Virus record (IMG/VR): IMGVR_UViG_2675903352_000008
From: a virus
Taxonomy: Duplodnaviria; Heunggongvirae; Uroviricota; Caudoviricetes
Strand: one strand, 5' to 3'
Length of the DNA stretch: 6,420 nt
The notes under the pieces: generated by a model
Databases searched by the model: none
What the model saw: the letters and a program-made list of their open reading frames with translations, nothing else
Told to the model about the DNA's origin: nothing
Part shown: in pieces, positions 5,766-6,420 of the stretch
Layout: each line of letters begins with the position of its first letter
Position numbering within the stretch: position 1 is the stretch's first letter
Made by a program: the position numbers and the translations under genes

Positions 5766-6311
5766 ATGGAAGTCAACAAAAAGCAGCTGGCTGACATTTT
5801 CGGTGCGAGTATCCGTACCATTCAGAACTGGCAGGAACAGGGAATGCCCGTTCTGCGAGGCGGTGGCAAGGGTAATGAGGTGCTTTATGACTCTGCCGCC
5901 GTCATAAAATGGTATGCCGAAAGGGATGCTGAAATTGAGAACGAAAAGCTGCGCCGGGAGGTTGAAGAACTGCGGCAGGCCAGCGAGACAGATCTCCTGC
6001 CAGGGACTATTGAGTACGAACGCCATCGACTTACGCGTGCGCAGGCCGATGCACAGGAGCTGAAAAATGCCAGAGACTCCGCTGAAGTGGTGGAAACCGC
6101 ATTCTGTACTTTCGTGCTGTCGCGGATCGCAGGTGAAATTGCCAGTATTCTCGACGGGATCCCCCTGTCGGTGCAGCGGCGTTTTCCGGAACTGGAAAAC
6201 CGACATGTTGATTTCCTGAAACGGGATATCATCAAAGCCATGAACAAAGCAGCCGCGCTGGATGAACTGATACCGGGGTTGCTGAGTGAATATATCGAAC
6301 AGTCAGGTTAA
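5766..6311 (+). CDS. nu1: Terminase small subunit Nu1 (lambda-type)
   Basis: 181 aa, nearly identical to lambda gpNu1 as recalled (MEVNKKQLADIFGASIRTIQNWQEQGMPVLRGGGKGNEVLYDSAAVIKWYAERD...), including the N-terminal winged-HTH region. Confidence 0.95.
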   Translation: MEVNKKQLADIFGASIRTIQNWQEQGMPVLRGGGKGNEVLYDSAAVIKWYAERDAEIENEKLRREVEELRQASETDLLPGTIEYERHRLTRAQADAQELKNARDSAEVVETAFCTFVLSRIAGEIASILDGIPLSVQRRFPELENRHVDFLKRDIIKAMNKAAALDELIPGLLSEYIEQSG

Positions 6312-6420
6312 CAGGCTGCGGCATTTTGTCCGCGCCGGGCTTCGCTCACTGTTCAGGCCGGAGCCACAGACCGCCGTTGAATGGGCGGATGCTAATTACT
6401 ATCTCCCGAAAGAATCCGCA
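6286..6420 (+). CDS. A: Terminase large subunit A (lambda gpA), 5' partial, GTG start, runs off the window
   Basis: GTG at 6286 overlaps the Nu1 3' end by 26 nt as in lambda. My translation, MNISNSQVNRLRHFVRAGLRSLFRPEPQTAVEWADANYYLPKESA, matches the gpA N-terminus. Absent from the ORF track because only 45 codons fall in the window. Confidence 0.85.
   Translation, partial: MNISNSQVNRLRHFVRAGLRSLFRPEPQTAVEWADANYYLPKESA

Noticed and set aside
5667-6247. ORFs 5667..6206 (minus), 5885..6247 (minus) and 5701..5907 (plus)
   Set aside because: They overlap cosB and the Nu1 gene, which is confidently identified in another frame/strand; they are shadow ORFs.

Overview
This window reads as the late-gene region of a mosaic lambdoid prophage of an E. 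coli-like enterobacterium, all major genes on the + strand except one moron. Order: end of the nin region (rusA) -> Q-like late antiterminator -> near-consensus late promoter, a 6x perfect 9-bp tandem repeat and an intrinsic terminator (tR'-like) -> four phage-borne tRNAs with their own promoter -> a convergent minus-strand 4-TM membrane-protein moron, in the slot where Stx phages carry stx -> a stack of plus-oriented terminator hairpins -> a phage-21-type lysis cassette (S21-like pinholin with MKSM dual start, SAR endolysin, Rz with nested Rz1) -> an AT-rich moron encoding a PerC/Pch-like small regulator -> a lambda-type cos site whose cosB is lambda-like but whose cosN 12-mer differs -> Nu1 and the GTG-initiated start of terminase A. 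No CRISPR array, IS element, integrase or toxin gene is visible. All identifications come from reading the sequence and recalling known protein and DNA sequences; no searches were run. The points most worth follow-up are the transcribed tandem repeat at the late promoter, the atypical second tRNA, the two moron loci and the variant cosN.
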